The position numbers were made by a program, and so were the translations under genes. The notes beneath the pieces were generated by a model. It ran no database searches, had not been told where the DNA came from, and worked only from the letters and a program-made list of their open reading frames with translations. From the NCBI GenBank assembly GCA_030141605.1, contig JAQGDQ010000713.1:44651-108650 (forward strand): a stretch of 64,000 nucleotides of DNA, in the 5' to 3' direction. Source of the stretch: Tubiluchus corallicola. Taxonomy: Eukaryota > Animalia > Priapulida. This document shows, piece after piece, positions 23,181 to 61,459 of this stretch (position 1 is the stretch's first letter; the number at the start of each line of letters is the position of its first letter).

Positions 23181-24178
23181 GTGTTGGCGAAATTTATTAC
23201 ATATTTCTTTTCTCTCTAGTACAAACTACACACACTAACAAAGGTGCCACTTGCTGGTCGGCCACTGCTTTGCGATATGCTTCAGTACAACCTAAAGACA
23301 TGTGCTCACACCTAGCATAACCTCTTTGGTTATCGCATTTCTTGGACCAATTTTTACATTGGTTTTCATAAGCATAATTTGGAAGTTGACAGCTATTATA
23401 GTGATATTCTTTTAATTTCTGTTTGAAGTCGGGGAGATGTTATATTTGTTTTATTTCACTGAATAGTGATTTCCATAAATTTATGGAATGATTTCATATG
23501 GAATGATTTCCAAATTTATTGTTTACTGTAATTTAATTTAAACTGTGCATTGTATTGTTTCAAGAGATATCAGGAGTGGATGATAAAGTATTATTTAGAA
23601 ATTGAATGCTCAGTTTACTCATAAAGAAATATTAATGTTTTATTTGAGTTTTTTGTGGAAGGTTCTTAAATTTGTTGTAGAAGTGGCATGTTGTTTAGCA
23701 GACGGGGGGATATTAGCCATGTATTAGTCTAAATGCAGAATTTTGCATTGTATTTAGTTTTATATTTTATAAAGTTTTCTTTTTTTAACGTTTTGTAATA
23801 AAGTGCATCAGAAGTAACTAAAGTCTCTGAGACGTTACTTGGAAATGCAAAAAAAAAACTAAAAGTTTCATTGTTAAGAGTATTGTGGCGCGCCATCTGA
23901 TGCAGCATAACTTGTTAAGTATTAATATTACAATTAAACAGAAGCGTGTTCAAAATTGTGCATTTGTGCATGTACTTTCTAGTTGTGAACAACACGAATT
24001 GGTGGCAGACAGGACAAGTCAATTAGAGCAAAACTTACAAGTCAAACTGAACTGCGGAGTTGCTAAGAATGTCATATTTTTGCATGGGACCAACGTCGCT
24101 TTTACTCGGAAGGTAAATTAATGTCGAGGTTTATATAAAAGTGTTAAATAACTTAACGCTAAGTATTATTGTTAGGAC

Positions 24179-24956
24179 ATTGGCATCAAACATAGTATAA
24201 TGTACTTATACAAAAACGTTAATTTTACTACCAGTCACTATTACTAGTTTTGCAAGCGTCTGGGTTTGCAACGATTATAAAATGCGTGATGATTTGGCAA
24301 TTACTTACCTAAAGCTGATCATTCTTTGCCAACAGAAATTACGTTATTTATGTTTGGCAGGCAACATATTTAAACGTTTTACCTTCTTCATGCATGTTGA
24401 AATGGTTTTTGATGGACTCTGTCAGCCTGTGCAAAGGTTATGTTGAGTTAATCTAAAGCTAGAAGAGCATATTAATAAAGCAAGCAAAATCGGGACGGAT
24501 GTATAATGTGTTAACAGGGGCACATCTACCAACAGACTAATAATAATAATAATAATGTTGCATATACCACATGAGCACACAAATAATTATAGTAAGTACA
24601 GGCAACTAGAAATTGGCATCAAATATAGTATAATGTATGTGCGCAAAAAATTAACTTTACTACAAGTCACTATTAGTAGTTGTGCAAGTCTGTGTTTGCA
24701 ACGATTATAAAATGCGTAGTGATTTGGCAATAACTTACCAAAAGCTGATCATTCTTTGCCAACAGAAATTACGCTATTTATCTTTGGCAGGCAACATATT
24801 CAAACGTTCTACCTTCTTTGTGCATGTTGATGGCTCCGCCTCCTTTGCAAAGGTTATGTTGAATCAATCTGAAACTAGGATCATAAAATAATAAAATAAG
24901 CATAAACATGGCTGATATATAAAAGTGTTAACAGAGGCGTATCTACCAATAGACTA
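24179..24956. repeat. Diverged direct duplication (~430-bp unit, 2 copies)
   Basis: attggcatcaaa...aacgattataaaatgcgt...aagctgatcattctttgccaacagaaattacg...ctaccaa at ~24179 and ~24612. Confidence 0.85.
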
Positions 24957-25396
24957 ACAAATTTTGATGGGCATTTTACGGATCCAGTGTTAAAAAATTT
25001 TCCTCCAAAATGCTTATTACCATTATTGTAATATAATACAGCTACAGAACGTATTATTTTCTAACACGCCACTAGCAGTTATACTGTCCGCTTTTATGTA
25101 AACTGCAAACAAGTACAAATGATTATTGCATACATATATATATATACAGTGACAACACTCGTGTGTAATTCTGGGCGGTGTCGTGTAGGGCGTTGTACCG
25201 ACACTTAGTCGATAGTTATACACTAGTGGCCTATTTGACCACAGTTTGAATGTAAACTAAAGATCTTTATCTACTCAAAGACGTTAACTTGTTTTGTTAT
25301 GCGTCTATATATATGGATTTGACTTCTCATATTATATGGATATAAGTTTGGAAGTGACATAATAATGCTTGTAATTATTTCATTTTATTTTTTCAG

Positions 25397-25540
25397 GAAC
25401 AATGCAAATTTTGCTATGAAGTTGTGTCCACATATTTTAAAGTAAATTTAGGAAAGTTTGGCATTCGGCTGGTTTTGCAGGCCAAGAACTACATTATTAA
25501 TACTCAATTAATAACTCAGTTATTTTTCATAACTCAATAA
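25397..25540 (+). pseudogene. Orphan terminal exon of a paralogue of the receptor PTP gene
   Basis: ttttcag|EQCKFCYEVVSTYFKV versus EQYKFCFEAVSAYFQL at 56806; the downstream UTR-like sequence is also shared. No upstream PTP exons seen. Confidence 0.8.
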
Positions 25541-26139
25541 TTTAATGTTCAGTTTGGTGACCGACTCGAGAACTCATGTTTTTCGCATTTCCCATTTGTT
25601 TTGGTTATTTAATTTATACTTATTTTCAATGTATTTTAATGGGACAAAATTATTGATTTGATTTGATTAATCAGCAAACAAGTTGACTAAGTAACCGCAC
25701 AAATTAAAAACTGCCAGTAACTGTGAATTTACTATTACTGCATTTTATACTCAGACATAGATAAAAAATAAATGCTGGTATCATGCTGATGTACGTTATA
25801 ATTGAAATTGTAAGATACACAATGATTGTGATTTTAAAACATAATTAACAGTTGGTTTTACAAACGCGGATTCAATTTTTGTGCCAGAGCACAGATTTCG
25901 CGAACCATGTAGCGACGCCCATTAAGTTTTTGTTTTGTATTTTTAATCTTTTTGGTTCTTTACAAAAAGGGGGAAAGCAATTATTGGGCGACTTAAACCA
26001 TGGTGATTTAAAAAAACGGACAATTGTGTAAACATTAGTTTAGAATAAAGAATGCTCTAAAACATTGAAAAATACAATACTTTTTTTAATCAAAGCTTAG
26101 ATTAAATTGTAATTACCTCGGATACTCAAATTTTGTTAA

Positions 26140-26560
26140 ACTTTCAGAACTATGCACAGCTCAGTGAATCTACAAAGACTGGCAAACGGCGCCTTTTTGT
26201 CACATTCGCGTGGCCGACAAATGGAAGGCTGTACCGTGATAACCATGATCATGAACTGCTGTGCTAGTTTCATGGCGTCATACGATGTAAAGCCCATTTT
26301 CGTGACATCACGCGTTTCAACAGTACTGTAACACCTACGCAAATGTGCTTGACGTGCAAGGGAAGACGCCTGCCATTGCACAAACTGTGGTTAGTTTCTG
26401 GCGTAAGTAATAGCTGTGCTCGGTTGTCATTAATTAACTTTCTAAGCTAATTACTGAAATATAAGAAACAATTGCTAACTTTTATATATAAGAAAATGTA
26501 TATGTTGGACAATAAATAAAAATGAGATTAAGTCTACATAATCGTCCGGTTTTCCTTTAA
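26140..26560. mobile_element. Dispersed repeat ending CCTTTAA; inverted partial copy at ~49660-49797
   Basis: gcctttttgtcac...gtgataaccatgatcatgaactgc...gcgtttca is the reverse complement of ctgaaacgc...gcagttcatgaccatggttatcac...tgacaaaaaggc. Confidence 0.6.
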
Positions 26561-29547
26561 AGTTCAAGCCCGCATTTTACGAGATGCTAAGATATGATTA
26601 GAATAAAGTTGGCTAATATCCAAATTCGGAGTAATAATGTCGGTTACAGAAAACAAGAACGATGAAAATATGCGCATAGTTATTTTTACATTACACAAAC
26701 ATTTCACAAGTGATATTTACAAGTATTATATGAAAAGGAATTATTACATTATAACGGCAATGCGAATAAATACAGCTAAATGTTATATTTTCAACAGAGA
26801 GAAAAATACAGCAAAAATATTACGTAAAAGTCATTGGCTACATAAGCAGGAAGTGGAGTTCCGCAATGTTATGTCACTCTAAGCTAGCTAGAAAATTTTT
26901 TGCAAGATTACAACTATATATACCTTCTGAAAAGGAAACCTATGTGCATGTATTTACATGGTTAATTGAGAATGAATTCAAAACTAGTTTACTCATACTT
27001 AAATGTATACTATGAAAACAAATTTGTTAGGACAGATACTAGTAACCATAAACGAGCATTTTCACTCGAAAAGCGTAGTTCTCGCCAGTTGGCCTCAACA
27101 ACTGTATTAAAATTTACCAGTAAAAGGTGGCATTGTATGAACATTTCTATTATGCCAAGTAAAGAATCAATATTATCATCGTGATAGGTCAGGAAAGTTA
27201 AGTTTAAAGACTAAAGATAATGATGAATAGCTTATCAACGAGAACGACAATGGCGGATTCATAGTTACACAGAAAAAAAATCCCATTGAATATAATACAA
27301 TGGGTGTTTAACAGTCAGAGACAAACTCAAGAGACTGTTGCTCTATGGCAATGAATGACAACAGCCTTTGCCACAGAGAAAAAGTCAAAAAACAATATCT
27401 TTATTGGTTAAAATAAGATTATAGTCCACGCACAATATTCGATACATATTACTGTACATTTTACACTGATCTCTACAGAATGTTTGAAAACATAAATAAT
27501 AAACTGTACAATTATCTGACAATATTATTACAATGTAAAAACAGAGGTTTTTTAAATGTAGCAAATAGACACGTTATTAGTGCTTTATCGTGAAGTGGTT
27601 TCCAAAAAATTCAGATTTTTGCTACAATCAAGGATAAGCGGTCAGTAAAGTGGTATATTAATTATTGAAAGAAGTTCATAATTTCTACAAGCTTTTCAAA
27701 TGGACGGATTGTTCCCATAACCCTAAACGCTGGAATAAAAAGCTTGTAGATCTAGTCTCCCCCGTGGTACATTGAATTCGTTTACCTAAAGTAATAGGAA
27801 TTTTTTCTCTTCCGTGCGCCCCAAGGCGTGTGGTAGCTGGAAAATTTTATATAGAAGCCCTGTTCATGTGATTGCAAAATACAATAACCTTTATCACTAT
27901 GAAGGTGCCTCAGCGACATCAATATTTCACACCTTTTTCTCACAGCTGCCACCCTGAGAACGTGATACTTAAGTGATTAAATGAAAATATTAACGCAAAA
28001 ATAATTAAGTTGAAGTTGACACGCCATCTATCGGCCGTCTTAAGAAAATTGTTGATTTTGATGAAGCTGTCTTCATTTGCAGACATGTACTTAAACGTCT
28101 TTAACTAAGAATCTGTTTTCCATGCTTCTTTAACGGTGTTTCAAATGAAATTCTCATTATTTAGTGTGGCCATTGTTGAGCTAACTGCACAGCTAAAGAT
28201 TACGTTCGCTCCTCTCAGCAGAACAATCAAAATCAAACAGGGAAAATCAAAAATATGTAGCAGCAAAAGGATACAAAATACTTGCAGAAAATGCACAGCA
28301 AAGAATTAAGCATGCAGAAATGCGATTATGATTTAATTTAAGACTTTGCAAAACTATGACGTGCAACAACGAATTATAATGTTTTATTTAGGACTTCTTA
28401 CGTAGAATGGATATGTTGTACCGCATTGAAAAACCATGAAATACGACTATGAAGTAGGTCTATTTTTTCAATCCGTAGAGCTGACAGGGTCCAAGGTACT
28501 TTGCGGCAATTCGTGGTAGGAGTTTGGTCGAATTTAATGTGACTGAAATTAATCATTAAAATTAAAATTCGAAATTTCAGGTTTACATATTTAGTAAGAT
28601 GGAAATTGTAAACTCTGGAATTGTACCACTGCATTGCAATTGTACCCCTGTCATTACAGGATTTCGCAATATTTACCAAACGTTTTTTTTTAATTTTTTG
28701 CTTGAGTACAGCATAAGTACGGCTTGAGTACAGTCAATATGGCCAATGTGGCATTTTAATGCTCCTTTTAGCAAAGCCCCTGTCCACTCGACGAGTACGA
28801 ACGCCATGAGAAGTTTTCTTTTTCGGGAAAAAATTACTGTAAATTAAATCAGTCACCCATCCTATTAATACTCATGCTTTATTTTCTTGAACTTCACTCG
28901 CTAAGGACTAATGCTACATTATGCTTCCAATACTGAGGCAAGCATACTGGCACTTTCTCTGTACTTTACATTGTTTATTTTAAGGGCAGCAATATTTTAT
29001 AATATATGTTGTGGCATTTTAATTTTACATCGTTTTTAAATCCGAATAAACTCCTACCGCTTGGCCTAGTGATCCCTGGAAACTTTTAACCCCATGAAAT
29101 ATATAGTACAGTTTCTAGTTGTTTGTTTTAGTCTTCCAAAGTGGTATCATAAATGTTGCCTAGTAAAATCAGACACTAATAAAGTGTAGACTGTCAGAGG
29201 AAAAACTGGCTATAGAAAATTCGCTAATCTGAATGCGCCGTTAGAACAGATCAGTTTGCTGTGTTGTCCTTGTTGTTCAAATAATACAAACATTACTGTT
29301 TTCTCACTGCGAGGTAAACAATATTGCATTCTAAATACACGCATGTGCTTTTAAGAGTTTAATATTGAATTCCCCCGGGGCAAGGTTTCGCAGAACTAGA
29401 GCAAATGTAATGGAGCAAAGAGATGAGAAAAAAGGGAGAGAAAAGAATGAGCAAAAGAGATTAGAGGGGAGTGATAAAAGGGAGGAGAGAGAGAAAGAGC
29501 CAGCTAGAGAAAAGAGAAAAAGAGAGCGAGAGAGGCACAGACAAAAA

Positions 29548-29552
<5 letters not shown>

Positions 29553-29621
<69 letters not shown>

Positions 29622-29656
29622 GCACAGACAAAAAAGACAGAGAGAGAGAGAGAGAG
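29553..29656. repeat. (GA)n microsatellite in a purine-rich tract
   Basis: Direct reading. Confidence 0.95.
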
Positions 29657-29859
29657 AAAAAGAGAGAAACGTGAGAGATGAGAAAGAGTGTGAAAAAAAA
29701 GGAGGAAGAGATGTAGAGAGCGATGGAGGAAATGAGTCTATATTTTCGGCACACGAAGAAAATGCGTGGTTAATCCATCACCCGGCCACCTTTCTTCCTC
29801 TAGTACATGACTATGTACTCTAAAATGTCCCATTCGAGTTGAAATGGCTCGAAAATTTC

Positions 29860-29931
29860 CCACATGAGTGGGATTTAAATCAAGAAGACCTAGATTGGCA
29901 GACAAGAGACGTACCAATTGGCCACCGAGCC
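29860..29931 (-). mobile_element. tRNA-derived SINE head (degenerate); related copy at ~59040-59104
   Basis: Minus strand gggctcggTGGCCAATTGGta...gattTAAATCCcactcatg, A-box- and B-box-like; the other copy has gattcaaatcc. Confidence 0.4.
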
Positions 29932-31573
29932 CTGATGTGTGTCAAACAAAACAAAATCCTTTTAAATTTGTACTAGAAAACCTAACAGTAAGACCGCATA
30001 GTTATCTAGCAAAAAAACAGAAACTTGATTGGTGCTTTGGTTAACCTAATCATTGATGAATATAGAATATGTTGTATACCCATTAACCACTAACAGACTG
30101 ACTAATTAATTTCATTGATTAAAATGGAATCAGTGACGTCGAATGCTGTAAATTCTCATACCAGCAGGGAAATCCCAATCACTTTATTCACAATTGTGTT
30201 GCACTTATGTCAGTGAACCTCTAACCAAAGTTTTCAAAGTCTTTTCTTTTAACATTTCATTTTATTTAGCATGTTTTACTATGACTGCTCGACTTCAGCA
30301 AGAGAGTTGTCATAATTCTTCTGTATCCGTCTATTACAGAAAATCAGCCGTAAAGAAAAGTTTATGTAAATATCAAAGTTTATGTTACACCTATCAGCCC
30401 TAGAAAGAACTTCCTTGTTCATATCAAAAAACAAACAAATTTGTCCAGACTCGTATAAAGTTAGAGATCATTTATGCATTCGGAAGACTTTGGTCAAAAG
30501 TACACCACTCCACGTATCATGCAGACCATTAAATTAGCAAAATGTTGTAAACTTTCCTTTTTTCCTTTTATAAATGCTTCTGGTTTTCTAAGCAAGAAAT
30601 TCCACAGCAAAATTTTCAGAGTGACAAATGAAAGGAAAAATAAATTATCATTTTCTTGCAAAAGTTATGTCTAAATACAAGAACCTAACTGCAAATTAAC
30701 ACAGTCAATTAAATACTTATTTGCTGTTAATTCGACGGCTTTTTAGCTCACTTCACATATGGTAATTACAATAATTATAATAAAGCATTAAAAGATAAAT
30801 GCAATGTTCATCATCAAACGCCCCTCACGCCTTGACAGACTGGACAGACAAAGTATTAAAATGCAGAGGAAATTTGCCATCAAGGCAAGTAAACACAATC
30901 TAGTCACTTTTCATAGTGAATCAGAAGTGGCGATTATTTTCTTTTCTGAGCAGTTAAAGGCAAAATTAAGACTTGTTGATGTCACACTCGCTATTAAGCT
31001 ATTTAGTATAGTACGCTTTAAAAGTGTGTCGTGGCGTCACCAAACTTAGGAAGTAAATTTGTTCACACTATGAAATAAAGAATATTCAAAACAGAATAAA
31101 AAATATAGAATTTGTTTTATCTCAGCAATATGGAGTACTCTCAGCGGTACGATGTGCCAAAGTGGGACGTTTATAACGGCTGAGTATTATCAAGGAACTT
31201 TGAACAAATTACACAAATACTGAATCCATAAATGCTTCTACGGGTTCATTGGCCACCGTGTTTGCATAGTTAATTGTGTGTGTGTTACATAAGTTAAAAT
31301 TATACAGTAAAGATAGAGCATTTACCTCAGGATGTCATTGCCAAGCTATTTATATATGTGTGTGTATGTAAAAAATATATAACATAATTTTTTAACATGA
31401 TTCGTAAATTTGTGGATCTATACAATTCAGTATAACAATGAGAAAACCAATTTAACATGTCAATACTGATTGCCAAGACGTAAACGAACGAACTTTTAAA
31501 GTTCAAATACTAAAATAAAAACTTTGAACTGCTTATTGGATATAAACAGATAGTGGAAACATAAACGTAGGAA

Positions 31574-56925
<25,352 letters not shown>

Positions 56926-59882
56926 ATTTAATAATTTCAATTAATGCTCAGTTATTTTTAATAACTGAATAATCCTATACTCAGTTTGGGTGGCTGATTT
57001 GATCACTGGTGTCTTTCGCCACCCCTTCACATTTGTTTGATAATTTAATTTATACTGATTTTCTATGTATTTTTATTGGGACAAAAATAAATTATTTGAT
57101 TTTATTTGATTAATTAACAATCAAGTTGACTAAGTAACCGCACAAATTAAAGGCTGTCAGTAACGGAGGATTTACTATTACTGATTTTCATACTCAGACA
57201 TAGATAATAAAATAAATGCAGGTATAATGGTGTGCATTATAATTAAAATTGTAAGATACAATGATTGTGATTTTAAAACATGATTAATAGTTAGCTTCAA
57301 CATGTGTAAGTTAGGCATATAAAATGCTAGCATCTGTGCTAAATTTCTCTGCAAAAGGAGGTGTTGTGTGTATATTTCTATTATGCCAAGTAAAGTTTTG
57401 ATATCATAATCGTCATAGAGTTTAAGTTTAAACACTAAAGAAGATGACAAATACTATGACAACGTGAACAACAGTGGAGATCTTTACAGTCACACGGAAA
57501 ATATCTCGTTAGCATAATTCAGAAGATTCCAAGAAAGGCAATTAAAATTCAGAGGCTGCAGCTCAATGGCTTGCAATGGATCAGAACGACTTACACCGTC
57601 AATTATGGCGCCCTCCCGCACGTGATTGCTGGAAAATTTATTTAAATTAGATAAAATATATTTTCGCCTTATCTATAAAACATTCAAGTACATACAGCAC
57701 AACGGCAGTAAATAGGGTCTCAACTTTGAGCCACAAGAGACCAAAATTTTACATAATTAAAATAAAACAAAAATAAAAAGGTGACGTAGCGCAATTTTAG
57801 ATGTACTAAAACCAGGAAATAAATTGTTATAAAATGCAAAAGATCACGTAAATGACAAAACTAATAAAACAATTAGTGTTTCACCTATATTTCATCTATA
57901 CATTAGTTTTCTCCATTTTTCCAGCATCTCAAACTAAACTTTGGCAGTAATTTTACATTCTCAGGCTTTCCCATTAAATAATTAAACTTACCTAGATCAT
58001 TCCAGTCATTAAATGTGGTTTCGTATTAAAATATCCATTGATCAAATTGGTTCGTTAATTGTCAAAAACATTGTAAAAAGACGTGCGTCACACCCTCGAT
58101 AGTACCTCAATTACACAATTAACATTATCGTTCATTACCTGGGATTCTTTCATAATACACTGTTTCACTTCTAACTAGGACAGTGCGGCCAGTGCCACAT
58201 TTAAGTGACGAATTGTATTACAATATCTGGCTTCAGAACCCTGTTGAAACATAAGGTATTATCTACCAATACTATTGCAAGCTAAACGTTAACTAACACG
58301 GGAAAATATTTGCCCGGCAATTAATTTACTTGAAATTATAAGCATAAACTTTAATTATATGTATTTTCCCGTGTTTCGCGAAATACCGTTAATCGTAATA
58401 TAAAACCGGATTCATGACAACGGTAAAATTTAATAGTGTTTAAACGACATATCCTGGCACAAAAAAACTAAAAAAGCAAGTAACCAAAACTTTACATTCC
58501 GGATGAGTTGTGTACAAAAAACGAATGGAGTCATTGTCGTACTGACGTAGCCATCTTTGCTCATTATAGAGCATTTAGTAGGTAATGGTTATCGTTGAAT
58601 TGTATCCATGTACTGGATCCAACGGTAATGATCTTGATGAACAATGTTCTTTGTATAAAATAAACACTTCTCAAATTCATTAGTTTTTGTTGTTTAGTTT
58701 TACTTCTTCTGCTCTAAGAATTGCAAATTTACAATCTTTTATTGTATTAAAAACGATTTTCTCACACAAAAATTCTCACCACAACTGAGAACTCGACCTG
58801 TGACAATTCTCCACATTTCCCGAACATTTGTTATTCCATTGCCAACTTGATTGTTGGATACCTAATAGAGTAGGGATAAATAATTACGACTATATATATA
58901 TGTGTGTATATATAGTCGTGTTTTCAGCTCGCAAAGAGGACACGTGTTAATCCGTCATTCGATCACCTTTCTTCCTCCAACGTATGACCATCTTCTCTAG
59001 AAACTCCTATTCAAGTGGAACATGGTTGGAAAAATTCGCACATGAGTGGGATTTGAATCCACACGACCTGGATCGGCAACCAAGTGATGTACCAAATGGC
59101 CATCTGATGAATATAGAATATGTGGTGTACACCTTAACAGATGGCCTAATTAATTTCGTTGATTAAAATGGAATCTATGACGTTGATTACTGTAAAACTG
59201 ATATATAAGTTCATGTAAATATCAAAGTTCCTGCTGCATGTATCAGCCCTAGTGAGAACTTCCTTGTTCATATCAAAAAAATAACAAACAAATTTTACAC
59301 AAACTCGTGTAAAGGTAAAAATCATAATGTGCATTTGAAAGACTACATCACTCCACGTATCTAGGAGACTATAAATTTAGCAAAATGTTGTAAACTTTCC
59401 CTTTTTCTTTTATAAATGCTTCTGGTTTTATAAGTAAGAAATTCTAAAGCAGAATTTTCAGAGAGACAATCAAGTGAAAAATAAATTATCACAAAAATTA
59501 GGCCTAACTTGGAGTGCCTAACTGCAACTAGCCTAACACAGTCGATTATATACTTATTTGCTGTTAATTTGACTGGTTTTTAACTCACTTCACACTTTGA
59601 TTGTTATTTAATTACAATAATTATAATAAAGCATTAAAAGATAAATGCAATGGTCATCATCAAACGCCCCTTACGCCTTGACAGACTGGACAGTCAAAGT
59701 ATTAAAATACAGAGGAAATTTGCCATCAAGGCAAGTAAACACAATCTAGTCACTTTTCATAGTGAATCAGAAGTGGAGATTATTTTTTTCTTCAGATCGT
59801 CTGGGGAGTCAACACAGGAGACGAAATATACTATAGAGAAGGTACTTATTCCCATCCTAAATAATTTAAATAATAACACTAG

Positions 59883-59902
59883 GAATAATATAATAATAAT
59901 AA

Positions 59903-59956
<54 letters not shown>

Positions 59957-59981
59957 GAAGAAGAAGAAGAAGAAGAAGAAT
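59883..59981. repeat. (AAT)n-(AAG)n microsatellite
   Basis: Direct reading. Confidence 0.95.
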
Positions 59982-59992
59982 AACAATATAAA

Positions 59993-61182
59993 TGTGACGC
60001 CGTGTAATAACTAAGTCAGGACGTTAAGAAATCAGAGTACTGTGTTCAGGGTTCTCGAGCGTTTCCGTCACTTTTATATGCTAAATCTACAGGATAATCA
60101 TTCATTTGTGTAGGCTACGTGAATCCGTGTCACTGGTGAAACACTTGTGTGCACGTGCAAATTATTTAATCAGAACGAAAACGGAACTAAAAGCTAATAT
60201 TTAGATTTAGAATTTAATCAGTGAAACAACAATAGCAAATTAAATTGATAACAATTTCGAACAATACCTAATTCCCCCAAAAGTAACGTTGGCCGGCTAC
60301 GCTTCTGTCTCTCATCAGGCTTTTGGATCTATCAACCACGCTCTTGAGTCTCCAACCTTACCACATTGGCTTTTCATCTCCAGTAGTCAGCCACGTTCTA
60401 GCCAGCAACTCTTTGCCAATGGTCACCAATCCAGCCTCTGCATGGACCACGCTTTAAAACTGCTCCAGCAATCCAGCGGTTGAACTCGTACCTGGTTGCC
60501 TCAGACTCCCAGTAATAAAGCCAGATATCGTCCTTTTTGCAGGGTGACAAACAGAACCTTCAGTTCAGACAAACAGACAGACCATTGGTCCAAGTAGAAC
60601 TGGTCCACGACTGGTTTTCCACTACTATTCAACGAGAATTTTAGTCCTATTCTGCAGGTAGAAATATGGTTACCAAACACTTGCTTCTTGGAATATCAAG
60701 ACAGTGTTATCACAGCAAACAACGAATAAACAAAAGTAGACAAAACCATTGTCTTTGTGACACATCATCTCACTGCATACGAGTACCATTAAAGACAGGT
60801 TCATACCAAACTTGGCGTTCAGCCATCTAAAATAACCCCAGGATGTGGACTAACCAGCAAAACTCCACCACCCTGTAACTTCGACAGTCAGAACATAACT
60901 AGTGTAAAACACTAACTCTGCAGTAAGATCTCAAAAACAGGTTGAAGCCATTTGGTATTCGAATTTTCAGGTAACCTAATTACAGGTAAGCAGAGAAATA
61001 AGCGGCCAGAGCCATCTAGTGTCAAAATCTTACAAAAACACACAATGTAATATAAGTTTAAATAAACAGTGCAATAAATCAATCAGGTACTTAGACCATT
61101 AATTATGCACACACAACGTCATAGGAAAGATATATCAAAATAGGTGTTGCGACAATGATGGGTGGTATAACCGATCATCACA
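59993..61182 (-). repeat. Putative 3' LTR of the Gmr1-like element (~1.19 kb)
   Basis: Minus strand: purine tract aaaaggagagagatg, then TGTGATG ... GCGTCACA (TGTGA/TCACA inverted ends). Confidence 0.7.
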
Positions 61183-61459
61183 TAGCATCTCTCTCCTTTT
61201 AAAACTCTGAAGGAGTTTTCACAACATAGCGACACCTATATTGAAACGATTGAAGAAAATAAAAGCTAAACAATGATTTGCTAACTAAATGGGCTATCTT
61301 AATTACTCTGAGAAGCAACTTCAATCAATACTGATACAAAATAAATCTACAAATAACACAATAAACGACTTTACTTCTGCTATTTCACTTCTAAAGGCTT
61401 TATGTTGTTTAATTAAAAAAACAATTTCTTCGTATAAAACTATCAAAATTAGGCAAAAT

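Larger units (their letters stand above)
16309..23191 (+). mobile_element. BEL/Pao LTR retrotransposon with 5' LTR, 3'-truncated, Gag carrying SAP and glycogenin domains
   Basis: Domain order Gag (DUF1759-like LETFDGD...HPVFG), Cys/His knuckles, protease LLDPGS, RT YVDD, Pao-type RNase H (FCDAS, TIPRLEL), integrase (GVDCFGP, SDCGTNF, GGVWE, PLTPNHLL). Confidence 0.95.

Noticed and set aside
29365-29823. Arg/Glu-rich ORF
   Set aside because: Translation of a (GA)n microsatellite.
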